Shown in pieces: positions 1-12,084 of a stretch of 64,000 nucleotides of DNA (the stretch's first letter is position 1; each line of letters begins with the position of its first letter). The DNA is from Octopus vulgaris (lineage: Eukaryota), in assembly GCA_951406725.2 (NCBI GenBank), contig OX597816.1, forward strand, positions 123,070,001 through 123,134,000, in the 5' to 3' direction. Below the pieces are notes generated by a model. The model was not told the origin of the DNA and did no database searches. It was given only the letters and a program-made list of their open reading frames with translations. The position numbers and the translations under genes are program-made.

Positions 1-460
1 TAACAATTCCACCACTACTGATGGATGTTTTTCATCTACTATTGACATACATTTGTGATTTTTGTCCCTATATATATCTATATGAGACACTTTTTCAAGG
101 TGAATATTATAGCTTTGTGCTTTCTACAATATATCTATATTAATTAAGGTTTGCAGAATGCTATTTTGAACTAATACTGCTTCCTTTACTAATAACGATT
201 TTTATCCAGTTTGCTGGCTATATATGGCACTAGTGATTTATTAATAAGTGTCTTTCTATATCAGTGAAGATGAAATTTGTTTAAGTATATGGTTGCTAAT
301 GGATACTTGCTACTGATGATGCTGTGAGGAGCAAAAATACGTATTTAACTATGCCATCACTGCTGCTGGACACTTTTCATGCTATTGATATAATTCTGTG
401 CTTTTTAACCCTATACATCTATATGAGGTGCCTTCTCAAGATGAATACTGCAGTTTTGAG
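1..460 (+). repeat. Degenerate ~345-bp direct repeat with a hammerhead-like motif at the unit junction (Penelope pLTR/retrozyme-like relic)
   Basis: 1-118 (taacaattccaccactactgatgga...ctatatgagacactttttcaaggtgaata) aligns by eye with 346-460 (taactatgccatcactgctgctgga...ctatatgaggtgccttctcaagatgaata). CTGATGA-tgct/agca-AAAA-TACGTA lies at 313-343. Confidence 0.55.
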
Positions 461-469
461 ATAAGAAAA

Positions 470-1480
470 TCATTCAGAATGCCCTCTTGAGACTAGACGA
501 ACTTGTGAGGAGGTCAAGGATGCAGTTTTGAGCAAAAAAAATCGCGTAGTCTGATATTTGTTAAGGGAGTGTAGAAAGAATTTAAGTTTTGAATAGCTGA
601 AGAAAGCATTCCAACAGTCAAAGAAGAACCCGTCGAGAGCTTGGGGCAACTATACACTGTAGCATTGTCAGATAGGAGTCACGGGATGGAAATTATGAAA
701 CAAGCTGAGGCTGGATTATCAGTGATTGATAACTTGAAGTTACCAGGTAACTATAAAATTTGATGCTTGCAGTTCGGCCTGTATCCATGACTTTCGTGGC
801 CACTTTTAATATATGAGGTAGCCTTGTCATGAGTTCAGATCATTGAACAAAAATGTAATGTGTTCATTAGAAAGTGGCTAGGCCTATCTCGGATGTTGAA
901 CATTTCAGCTCTTTATTGTAAAAGAGCTTCGTTGCAGTTACCACTAGCGTCAATAGTCGAAATATATAAACTGGGGAAGATACAGACGGTGATGATGCTG
1001 AGAGAATCGAAGGATATGGAAATCAGGCGTAATCAGCCAGAGGTGAAAACAGCCAGGAAATGGAAAGCAGAAGCAGAAACTGATGATATCTTGTCTTCTC
1101 TTACACACAGAGATATGGTGGGTGCAATGCAAAACCATCGGAAAAGGCTAGGTTTTATGGCAGATCAGTGTGAGATGACTGTTGTTATCATTAGGCCTAA
1201 CTCATCATAAGGTAAATACTACCATGATCGATATCCAAACTACAGCGGAGAAGGCTAGCCACTGGATTTGGTTAAAAAGAGAGGATGAGTGATGGCTAGA
1301 GAAATATTGAGCTATATTTAATAACCAGTTGATCTAGCAAGTAGGGCTTCATATCAATGAGGTGGGGGCTGGTGTGCATTGATGCCGACAAGAGGTAGGC
1401 CTTGAAACGGCACGCATTCTCTCCTGATGATCCCATACACTTGCTGGCTTTCAATATGCAGAGTTCTCGACTGGTAGTAC
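470..1480 (+). mobile_element. HERO-clade (R2-group, RLE-type) non-LTR retrotransposon, 5'-truncated and internally deleted
   Basis: Translation gives RMQFxAKKSRSLIFVKG, ORF 860-1210 RKWLGL..ALY...LQLPLASIVEIYKLGK...VKTARKWKAE...HRDMVGA..RKRLGF, and terminal TAEKASHWIWLKRED. These are typical HERO post-RT and C-terminal motifs. Stops and frameshifts are present. Confidence 0.8.
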
Positions 1481-1836
1481 TTGTGTGTGCAAGTTGTTTG
1501 CAAGAGATATAAGAGCATGACAGAAGACAGGAAAAATATATGCTTTACATTTATCAAAGGATTTTGACATAATGTGTGTGTATGAGTGTATTTTTGTTTG
1601 TGAATGGTCCTTAGCCTACGTAAGTTAAACATAAAAGTAATGTATATTTTCTCTTATTGGCCCTTCTTACATCTGTTTTATCGTCTCCTACATCTCAGTT
1701 TCTTTTTTCTTCTACTTTGCTTTTTTCCTTCTCACTTTCTTGTGTCAATTCTATTTATCACCTTTCAAAGTCTTCCTCTCAGTGATGCAATTCACATATA
1801 TTTTACATTTGTTTTTCTGGTTACATCATCTTTTAA

Positions 1837-2270
1837 TTTTTACTTGTTTCAGTCATTAGACTGTGGCCATGTTGGAGCATTGCCTTGAAGAATTTTAGTT
1901 GGATGAATCGACCTAAGTATTTATTTTTTTAAACCTGGTACTTATCAATTAATTTTGCTGAACTACTGAGTTACAGCAACATAAACACATTACTGGCTTT
2001 CAAGAACTGGTGGGAGACAAACACAGACTCAAATATGCATACACACATAGAGAGAGTGAAAGAGAGGGAGGGAGTGAGAGAGGTACAGAGAGACGGAGAA
2101 AGAGTCAACAAGCTTCTTACAGTTTCTGTCTACTACATCCTCTCACAAGGCTTTGGTCAGCCTGGTACTCCAGTAGAAGACAGTTACCCAAGGTGTCACA
2201 CTGTGGAACTGAATCCACAACTAGGTGGTTGAGAAGCAAACTTTTTAACACACAGTCAAGCTTGCACCTG
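1837..2270 (-). mobile_element. tRNA-derived SINE, family A (CR1-type tail)
   Basis: Same architecture as copies at 21350, 37808, 47354 and 53155: tRNA-like head, internal microsatellite, and tail ...ccagcatggccacagtc..tgactgaaac. Confidence 0.8.
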
Positions 2271-3834
2271 TTATATTCTTCATTAATAGAATATTAAGAA
2301 GAAAAAAAACAAAAACAAATGTTTAAAAAAAAGACAAACATACACACACACACACTCTCTCTCTCCCTCTCTCTCTCGCACACACACACACACACACACA
2401 CATACACATATATGCATATTTCTAGAAGTACAAATAGTTATTGAAAACACTTGTTTAAAATACAGTTCATCAATACAATTGATTGAAATAAGCTGCATGA
2501 TAGGTATAACCATTGGTCCAGTCTACAGTTAATCAATTTATAGGAAATGTTACAATATTTTTTTGAATATAGTAGATAAATTGTCTTGTTTTATGAAATG
2601 AAGGGTTAGAAAACATCAGAATTCCCTAAAGCAATTAATAAAAGAAACTCACAAAATCATTTCAAGAATACACAAATATAATTGACTATTTATGTACAGT
2701 TGCCAATAGTGAGATATCATAGTATGTATTTTTTAATAATATTGTGGTACTGCCATAAAAACACAGGAAAAAAGGACAGTGTTATCATATCCTTTTTACT
2801 TTCCCATTTTGCACCACTTATAACAAGGTTCTGACTACAAGGATAATCGTGATAGGCACATATACATTTTTAGCATAACAATTTCCCTTTAACCTGTTTC
2901 TCTTATTTAAAAATTTTAACAATAATTAACTGTTGATTGGAGCAAGTACTACTTCACTCAGATCTATTTTCAGCTATTTTCATTCCCTGTATTTCAATCA
3001 AGTGTTTTCAATAAATTGGCACTCTGATTTTAACTTTTCCCACAATGCCTTTCTGTCTTCTTGTGATTCTTAAAATCAGGTCTTCTGTCTTCCAAAGGTT
3101 TTAAGAATCATGTAAATACAAAAGCATGCTTCTTTCTTTATCACACCTGTTGTTTTAGAACTAATGTCCAACAAATTTACTGTCTTATTTTCTCTTAGCA
3201 TTACAATTGGTAAGATTGTATCTCTCTTGTTATTTCTTTTCATCCTGATAGAAAATCATTAATGTTTAATTGTGTAAATCATTGTCTTGGCCTCTGTTTC
3301 TCATAGCCACATAAACTAAGTTTTCACCAGTCAAGCAACATTACATGTTGCATATAACATTGTATATTTTCGTTTACTTGTTGACCTGTCCTCAGCACCT
3401 TTCTAAAAAGCATTCATTATTGATACTTGGAAGTCAGTAATCCTGTTAATAAAGAGCCAAAACTGCCTTGATTTTAAATCAACAGCTGGTGAGAAGATAT
3501 GGTTTCCATGTTTTTATCTTGTCTTTGCATTTTATGTGAAGTCTGTGCTCAGTTTTTCTCATAAATGTATACATAAATACACTTAAATGAAAAACATGAG
3601 AATGAAAGTACATTCATGCTAAGCTTAATATATACAGAGATACATGTACTATTCACAAACATAAAAATGCAAATATATTACTTCATTTGTAACAATAAGG
3701 AAAGAGGGGGTGCTTGGGGCAAATAGTAAGAGATTAATAAAGCTAATAAATACAGCAAGGCTGTAATATTATTAGTACATTGCATTCTAAAAAGTAACTG
3801 CAGTAGAAATGGTGAAGTGATATATGCAAATTCA

Positions 3835-4050
3835 AAGGCAGTGATCTAACAGAATTGTTATTGCACCAGGTAAAATGCTTTGTGGCATTTTGTTCACATT
3901 TACATTCTGAATTTGAATTCCACTGTGATTGACTTTGCCGTTCATCCTTTTGGGATTGATAACATAGGTACCAGTGAGACCTGGGGGTCGATGTAATTGA
4001 CTTAACCCCTTCCCTGAAATTGTTGGCCTTGTGCCAAAGTTTGAAACCAT
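3835..4050 (+). mobile_element. SINE family B
   Basis: ttctgaatttgaattccactgtgattgactttgccgttcatccttttggg...gtaccag...ggggtcgatgtaattgact...ggccttgtgccaaagtttgaaacc; homologous to 51420-51637. Confidence 0.75.
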
Positions 4051-4538
4051 ATATGCAGATTTACAGGTAAATCTAGTTGTTATACTAGTAATAAAATGTC
4101 TAATGCCTTTGTTTGACTTGATGGGAAGTATGGAATGTCATATTGATATAATTGTGAAAATACTAATGCCTTATACATAGATGTTACAATGGTAAAATGG
4201 ATTTACATAAGGACCACAAAATAATGGTTAAACAAAAATGAGCAAAATGTCTGAAATAACATAACAAGAGCACTCAGAAAGCGCAAACCTCCACCAAGGC
4301 AACACCAACATCCTCTCAACGCTTAGCCAAAGATGATTTTTTAAAATGAGAATATCTGAAATAAACTTGACTGCTCTCACAAACGAGAATACTAAAAATG
4401 AACCCAACCTCTCTCAAAAATTAAGTAAAAAAAAAAACAGAAAAATTATCCAGAATCCTTGTTCAGTACCAGATCGATCCCAAAATCTAAACAGTTTGTA
4501 CCTGTTCATTTGTTCTCAGTAAGCTTTCTCATAAGATT

Positions 4539-5012
4539 ATTCTATGAGTCTGCCTTCAGCTTCCAAGAATGCTTCAGTGTAGGACTGGAATCAATGACAT
4601 GCTTGCACTAAATGCTGCTTATTGATTTCATACAAAAACTGGACACTGGCAACCTTTATTGAAATTATGGTATTGTGAGGATGTCAGCTAGTCTCACTTT
4701 CACAAATGCCTGAAGGCAGTAGTCCAGGGGAATTAAATATCATAAATTTGGAGAACACAAGTGTTGCATGATTGTAAATATTGCCTGACATTCATTCTTG
4801 AATTACATGGACTTTGTGAGAAGGTGCTGAGTCTTGTTGAAACATGTTTGGCCTTCCACTGTATACCTCATCTATTCAGGGCTTAATAATGTCATCCAAC
4901 TTCTCAATCTACCCAGCCATACTATTTCTAAGAGTTGGTGGAAAGATGTGAGGTAGCATGATATGACCTTTGTTATTCATCGCTCCTAGAACCATCGCAG
5001 TTACTGGAAACT
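4539..5012 (-). mobile_element. Tc1/mariner (maT/DD37D-like) transposase C-terminal fragment, pseudogenised
   Basis: Minus-strand translation: KFPVTAMVLGAMNNKGHIMLPHIFP...GRPNMFQQDSAPSHK...HPHNT...LVQACH...LEAEGRLIE*. Confidence 0.8.
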
Positions 5013-5039
5013 TTACAATTAGCATGTGATAATTGTAAA

Positions 5040-5232
5040 GGAGTGTCACTGTCATAGTAGCAGTGTCATTAATTCCTAATATTCTGCAAAACCATGACTA
5101 GCATTGGGGAAATATTACCTGGCTTGGAAACAGGTGAGGATTGGCAACAGGTAGGGTATACAGCTATAGAAAATCTGTCTTTTATGAACTCCATCTGACC
5201 CATGCAAACATAGAAAAGAAGGATGACAATGA
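5040..5232 (+). mobile_element. SINE family C, degenerate 3' part
   Basis: ggattggcaacaggtagggtatacagctatagaaaatctg...ctgacccatgcaaacatagaaaag matches the GGAAGGGCATCCAGCTGTAGAAA core of other copies. Confidence 0.6.
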
Positions 5233-5649
5233 CACATAGTGACACCTGTATACTTTCCTAATCCAAAAGTTTAGAGCTAATAGCATATTTAAATCATACG
5301 TCAATTGTTAAATTTCTTAAATGCTATTATTATTATATTATTATTATATTATTATGATGATAAGGAGATATCCTATTCATTGTTCCTATATCCCTTTCCT
5401 TATATTTCCATTTCCATTTATATTTTTGATTTTTAATATTTTTCATTTTGCTTTTGTTTTTTGTTTTTCTCTTCTTCAAATTGTACTTATATCATTTACT
5501 CTATCACCCTTTTTAAGAATTATATTTTAGTCTTCTTATTGCTGCTTTAGTTTTGGACTATATTGTAATCTTAGTCTTTTTGTTACTTTACTTGTTTTAG
5601 TTTATTTGTGATTCCTGATTTCCAGTTTTAACTATTACTGTCATAATAG

Positions 5650-5942
5650 CCCACGGGCATATGACATAGTGGTTAAGAGAGCGGACTACTAACCCCAAGA
5701 TTCCGAGTTTGATTCCAAGCAGTGACCTGAACACTTATACTAATAATAATAATAATAATAATAATAACATCGAAAAAATACCTTAGGAATGTGAACCCAG
5801 GTTCGAAATTTCCGCAAGACACCTGAAGAAGGCTGGAGGGTATATCAGTTGAAACGTTGTGTTAACAACAAACAAAATGAGGGCAAATATCTGTTGAATG
5901 TAAATAATGTAAATAATTCCTCATCTCTTAAATATAGAACTG
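5650..5942 (+). mobile_element. tRNA-headed short element with (AAT)n spacer and hammerhead-bearing 3' part
   Basis: A-box-like tgacatagtgg (~5662), B-box-like gagtttgattcc (~5705), (TAA)n 5741-5767, hammerhead motif 5818-5863. Confidence 0.7.
5818..5863 (+). ncRNA. Minimal type I hammerhead ribozyme motif
   Basis: GACAC-CUGAAGA-A-GGCUG[gagggtatat]CAGUU-GAAA-CG-UU-GUGUU. Stem I is gacac/gtgtt, stem II is ggctg/cagtt (two G-U pairs), and palindromic ACGU replaces helix III. Confidence 0.65.
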
Positions 5943-6176
5943 TAATATATTAGTTATTCTTTTTTACTACCTCCCCTCTCCTTATCTTTTAAGTAGTTTT
6001 ATCAAGCTACTCGTTTTTGTAGATATTTTCTACAACTTGCAATTTAAGGTTCTTATTTGGACTCTTTTTACACATGAACAGTAGATTATGATTATGGTTT
6101 CCTTTCAAATTTGCTTCTCCCTTCATAATACATAACCTTCCTGAAATAGAACTACTTTTAAGTAGTTCAAATAGCT

Positions 6177-6393
6177 TAACCCTTTAAAACCAATCCTCCT
6201 AAGACCTGTTCTATAATAGAAACTTTCTGTTTTAGAATGATCAAATTCAAGACCTTTGATCATAACTTCATGTTAATTTATGTTGCAAACCTTAGCTGAA
6301 TCAAGATAAAGTTATTAAATTTTTCATTATTTTCAAAATGAATTAAACAAAGGGCAGTGTATTTCAAAAGAAATATGGTAACAAAAGGGTCAT
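6177..6393 (+). mobile_element. piggyBac-type MITE, older copy
   Basis: Starts ttaa-ccctttaaaacc and ends ggtaacaaaagggtca; homologous to 43626-43847. Confidence 0.6.
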
Positions 6394-6869
6394 AGTGTTT
6401 TCGATAAATGTCCTCAACTTACTTTCCAATCTATTTTTTTGTTTCTTCTACAAGTATTGTCTTCAAATTTCATTTCCTTCTTTCATGTATTTGTGTTTTC
6501 ATTGTTGGCTTCCTTCTTTTTCTTTCAATCTTCTTCTCATATTTTTCTTTATATTCTTTCACTACTTCACATTTTTCATTCATTGTTACTTTTTTTATTC
6601 CTTCCATCTTCATACTTTCTTTTCTCTATTTCATTTACATCTTGAATCCTTGCCTATATTCCTTTGATAAGCCACTTCTTTCTGTAATTTTTTCTACTTC
6701 CTTTTCTGTTTCCTTCTCTATCTTTGAACTGTACTCCGTCTTCCTCCTAATAATAACATATAAACTATTCATTATATCAGCTATAATAGTTCACTTCAAT
6801 GAAATGTAAGTTGCTACGCTTGGAACATATTGTAAGAAAATAACATATAAAATAAAAAATATGTTGTTG

Positions 6870-6906
<37 letters not shown>

Positions 6907-8629
6907 GTGAGATAAAAATACTAGAAAATTAATTCATATGTGAAGATTTACGCCTCTGAAGAAGGCATGAACTCTGAGTTTACACTTAATGACATGTCTT
7001 TATACGGATGTGTTTCTAAAAGGAATTGTTGAAAATGGTCTCTGCTGCAGCTGGAGTATTATCTACCAGTAAAGTAAGAGACTTAAGAATGTTCTGAAAA
7101 TTATTAACTAAATTTACCAAATACTCATACAGCACTCTACTGTTGACTCACTGTCTTTCTGCAGATATTTAAATTATAATGTATGTACCAAAGGTAGCTG
7201 ACTATTTGCATATTCAATGTGTCTTATAGTTTACTTTTTAGTTCTAATTTTTAGAAATGACAATCTAGTCATGTGTATATATACATAGCACACAAACATG
7301 CACACATGCATACACATGCACACACACACACACACACACTAGCGCACACACATGTAAGTTTGTAGGTAGGTAGGAAGGTAGCGAGTGACTCAATTACTTT
7401 TGGGGGACAGAGAGATAAATAAAGTTTACTGCAGTTAACAAGAAGACATGACTGGATACAGAAATAAAAATCGATTCATTGATTTATACAGATTTTGAAA
7501 AAGTATAAGGTGAGCATATAGATATTTCTATAATTTGAACAATTGTTACCTGATTAGATAGGCAGGTGAGTATGAAGACAGATTAATCAACAGAGATATA
7601 TATAGGTATGAAGTGATGTATAAATAGTTTTGCTACAAAACTACAGCAAATGGGAAAACCATCAGAGATTGTAACATTATATAGTTTACAAAGGTATTTT
7701 GAAGTGAAAGTTATTTTTGCATTTAATATTCTCTCCTCAAACAATAAAATATTGTTTAAAGATGTTTCAGGTCCCACTGATGAAAGTAAATTCAATTAAG
7801 GAAAGAATAAATGAAATTAGATTGCTTGATTCCTCCATGAATCAATTTTGACTGTGGAAAACATGTGTTAAATATAAAAGAAATAAAGAATATTTATTTA
7901 AAATATAAAAGTCATCCTATTATTAACCTTTTTATTTCTTGAATATTCATGCAATGTTTATTAAGATACTAATCAAGATATTAGTAATGTAATAATTTTA
8001 TGTGAAGTATAGCAAATGTTTGCAGCAATTTACATCCAAGTAGATTTTAGTTAAATGCATAAATACTTTTGGAGCAACCTTGTCTTTGTTTGAAAGTCCA
8101 TGAGACCCTGATTAAGTAATCAGAGCTTCTGTCCTACCTGCAGTCCAGTTATGTTATAGAGTTCTTGATATTTGGAAGGCAAGATATTTGAACATACTTT
8201 CATTAATTTATTTTTTCTGTTACAAAATGTCAATTTTTTTTAAAGAAACACAAAAAAACTGTTAGTTCAACCTTTCAATCAAGAAATTATTTCCTGCCAA
8301 ACATCATTCATTAAAAAATACATCGTATATATTTAATCTCTGAGTGAATGTATCAATTTCATCCATCATTTAGATGGAATGAGAAGAGAAAATAGAGATT
8401 GGATTGTATTCATGTAATTCTTCCTTCTTCACCATGGTACTGGATACATTTAAAATGTTTTAAATTATCTCAATTCCCTTCTATTATACATGGTCCTTTT
8501 AGTCCTCACAGCCCTTTCCATGAGAAGGAAAATTTATATGAAGTACTTATTAAGATGATAATATCATGATGATAATGATGATCATCATTATGTCCATCAT
8601 CCTTGTCAGCATCGTTGTCATTATCCTTT

Positions 8630-9100
8630 TACCTTTGCATCAATGACTGCAGGGTAAATTGGACAAAGATGGAAATTTCAGATGGTTTCTGATTAGGAAA
8701 GATTAAGAACAGTGGTTTGTTTGAGAATTAGAAATGGTAGACATGACATGGGAATGGTATGGATAAAATTGATTACAACAGGTGGGGTGTGTAAAACCTA
8801 TCCATTTCAAGGAGCTATAGCATCCAATAAAAAAGAGTCATTGTATTATCAATATAGATGGGTAGAGTAGATGACAATGTGACAGTGCATCTGTAAGCAA
8901 GGAGTTACAGTGTGGTGAAGAAGAGTGACTTTGCTAATTAGTTAAGTAGCTTTTTTTCTATGTCTAAACTGTCAGGATGTGTAGTTGTCCTGTGTGGAAG
9001 CAATATTTTATTGTTGGATTGAGAATCCCAGATGATCTCTGGTGAGAGTCAGCAACTCTTAGAAGCTGCAGTGTTTTCTAGTTTTTAAAAGAAAGCCAAT
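8630..9100 (-). mobile_element. Ancient CR1/Zenon-like LINE 3' ORF fragment
   Basis: Minus-strand translation IGFLLKTRKHCSFxELLTL...TTLxLLAYRCTV resembles the post-RT LGFLFRARKYF...LQSLAHRR segment; heavily decayed. Confidence 0.5.
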
Positions 9101-10660
9101 ACATATATGGTTATACATTCACATACACTTGCAAAACAACACTTAAATGCATAAAAATATGTACATATTTAGATGTATGTATATATGTGTATGTGTGTGT
9201 GTGTGTGTAAGAAAACTTCACAGCAATGAAAACAATGGTGAAGAAAACTGTATCAGAGTCAGTCAAAGAAGAAACACCAATATTAGTTGTTTTTATATTG
9301 TATTCTAAAAGAATATGTAAAAAAGCATTGCAGTCAAGACAACTTGCCCATGACATAAAGGATAAGAACAAAGTTACTTTTATCATAGAATTGTCAATGT
9401 TAATATTGACATATTGAATAGTGTATATCACTTTCAGACATAAATAACATGTGTACATGTGTAAGATTATTGGCCTCAGCAGACATCTCATATGTCATTA
9501 TAAGGTTGGGAAAAAAGTTTTATATGCATGCATAAATACATATGCACATGAATGAGTATTTTAAATACATACATATTGTTTCGTTTTTGTCCTAAATACT
9601 ATGGATCCAATGATTTAGTACTTAACTATGGTTTCTGATGTCCAAGAAGAAAAAAGATGAATCTCCAACAGGATAAGAAGCAATTCTTTTGCTACAAGTA
9701 GTTTTTGTCTAGTAAATACAGTATCTGTTTCTGAGAATTAAGGTAATGCACGATTAAATGTTCAACCAAGAAACTCATCAAACTATCTGCCAAGAATCTG
9801 AATGCATAATCCATAAACAAGCTGAGCTAGTACATTATTAATATTTATTATGTACAAATATTCACACTATCTCAAATGTTGGAGTAGTCTCTCGCTCTGT
9901 TTATCACCCATTCTTTTTATAAAGAATTATAGCTAATCATGGCATACATGTCTTCAGTTTTCTCCACGTGTAATGTGCCATAATCCCTAATCTCTCTTCA
10001 AAAAGAAATACATTACTTCTTTCCCCCTTGAAAGATCACATCATATACAACCACCTTCCCCTACTTCTAATCCTAAATACTTTTCAAACTTTGCATTTAA
10101 CCAAACCTATCTCCATTAACTCTGACACAACTTCCACTGATTTCTGAAATCAGAATAACAAGAGAATTAATTTTTTATTTCATTTTCCAGTGTTAAGGAT
10201 TTTAAATGCCTGTAACACTAGATCAAATTAAATTAATACAGATTCTTTTCTTATTGGTTTCCAATTTTGCAAAAGGCCAGCAATATCATGAGATGGTTTC
10301 AGATGATTACATCGACCCCAGTTCTTAGCTGTTACTTATTTTATCTATTCTGAAAGGAACAAAGGCAAAAGCAACCCTGGCATCATTTCAACTCAGAACA
10401 TAAAGTTGGAAGAAGTCTTTTTCTTATAAAAAAAAATATCTATGATAAATCATTATTTGTTGTCTTTTATCTGTTTGTGTAAATTCCACTCTTTATATAA
10501 CTTGTCTTTGTAAAATTCCTGTCTTCTTATGGCTCTTTCTATCTAAGTGTGTGCTGATGCTTCTAAGCATCAGGTTTTTGTCAACATACAATAATACAGC
10601 ACCATTTTCTGATTTCTTGCTACCAAAACCTCAACGGTAATTGCAACTTGAACTCTACTT

Positions 10661-11032
10661 CTATTCACTTTCACAAGCTGTGCCACCTGTTTCTGGTGCA
10701 TTTCTTTGTTGTTTAAGTGAAAGGATAAATATTTCATTGACTTTGCCGCTAGACCAACAAAAGATTGCCAGCAGTCCACAGAGTGTTGCTGTCGACATTG
10801 TTGTTATTGTTGAAGTGTTTGCTGTAATTGTTGCTTTTGCTGTGGTTGTTAGTATGCCCGTTGCTGCAGTGGTTGTTATTGTTGCTGTTGGTGTTACTGT
10901 TGCGGTCACTGCAGTTGCTGTTGTTAGTGTTGCCATCGTTGTGGTTCTTATATTCGTCTGATTTTCTATCCCTGCTAATGATGGAAAATCTGCTAATGTT
11001 GATTGATTCGAAGAGAAACTATCATTATTCAT
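10661..11032 (-). CDS. Candidate orphan 123-aa Thr-rich (mucin-like) protein with short hydrophobic segment
   Basis: ATG start with an in-frame upstream stop; four N-x-S/T sequons (NDS, NQS, NQT, NTS); Thr/Ala-rich stalk; ATLCGLLAIFCW. A strong acceptor-like tttaatgttctttag lies upstream (AG at 11229-11228). No recognised homology. Confidence 0.3.
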   Translation of the reverse strand: MNNDSFSSNQSTLADFPSLAGIENQTNIRTTTMATLTTATAVTATVTPTATITTTAATGILTTTAKATITANTSTITTMSTATLCGLLAIFCWSSGKVNEIFILSLKQQRNAPETGGTACESE

Positions 11033-11317
11033 GTTGTAGTCAGAATTAACATACTCCTCCTACCACTTCATACAGTTTAGTGGGCATGAGTTGGTGATGT
11101 CATAATTTTAAACATTAAAATTTTTTATATGCCGATATTTTTGTTGTGAGAAATATGACCCTTAGGGCCCACTCTTCTTTCCTCTTCTTAACACAGTGAA
11201 GTAAGGAGTCCTTATATATCGAAGTATCTAAAGAACATTAAACGAAGCAACATATTTTGTACAAAAACAACAAGCTTCTTACAAAGCAAAGTGCATCCAA
11301 CACAGACTAATAATAAT

Positions 11318-11804
11318 AAACCTTTCTACTATTGGCACAAGACCTGAAATTTTGTGGGGAGGGAGCTAGTCAATTACATTAACCCTGGTGCTCAACTACT
11401 ACTTATTTCTTTGGCCCTGAAAGAATGAAAGATAAAGTTGACCTTGGTAATAGTGGACTTCAAAATGTAAAGAGTCAGAAAAAAATTTGCAGAGCATTTA
11501 TTCCAATGCTCTAATGATTCTTCCAGCTAGCCCTTAATAATAATAATGATGACGATGATGATGATGATGATAATAATAATAATGGCTGCAAATTTTGCCA
11601 CAAGGGCAGCCATTCTGGGAGAGGGGATGAGTCAATTACATCGACCCCAGTGTTCAACTGGTACTTGTTTTATTGACCCCGAAAGGATGAAAGGCAAAGT
11701 CGACCTTGGTAGAATTTGAACTCAAAACATAGCAACAGACGAAATACCCAGTGCACTAAAGATTCTGTCCAGCATGCTAATGAATCTGCCAACTCACTGC
11801 CATC

Positions 11805-11805
<1 letters not shown>
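11318..11805 (-). mobile_element. Two adjacent SINE family B copies
   Basis: 11318-11536 and 11580-11805 both contain the reverse complement of the gactttgcctttcatcctttcggggtc...aagtaccag core. Confidence 0.75.

Positions 11806-11884
<79 letters not shown>
11805..11884. repeat. (AAT)n microsatellite
   Basis: Perfect AAT run of about 26 units; source of the poly-Ile ORFs. Confidence 0.97.
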
Positions 11885-11888
<4 letters not shown>

Positions 11889-12084
11889 ATTAGTATTCAC
11901 ATGTCGAATGTCTCCCATGATAATTAACAACCAAGTATCAAAGCTTATAATGTGCAGAAAGAGACCCTGTAAGACCTCTGACAACTGATTGTTGTCTGCT
12001 CTCAGAATCTACAAGAGCAAACAAGACTATGTGCTCTGAGAAGTAAAATAATGATAATAATAATGATTAGTAATAATATGCATT

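Noticed and set aside
4262-4502. Possible Crypton-like non-autonomous element starting aacaagagcactcagaaagcgcaaacctcc
   Set aside because: Only a recollected resemblance; no second end or second copy in the window to support it.
5655-5727. Functional tRNA gene (also 47354 and 57025)
   Set aside because: Poor cloverleaf pairing and attached repeat bodies indicate SINE heads.
7435-7510. Exon-like segment between cag and gtgagc
   Set aside because: Contains stops in plausible frames and reads IDSLIYTDFEKV, more like a decayed CR1 RT motif than a host exon.
10641-11049. Plus-strand poly-Val/Ala and poly-Leu hydrophobic ORFs
   Set aside because: Antisense readings of the GTT/GCT triplet repeat with non-ATG starts.
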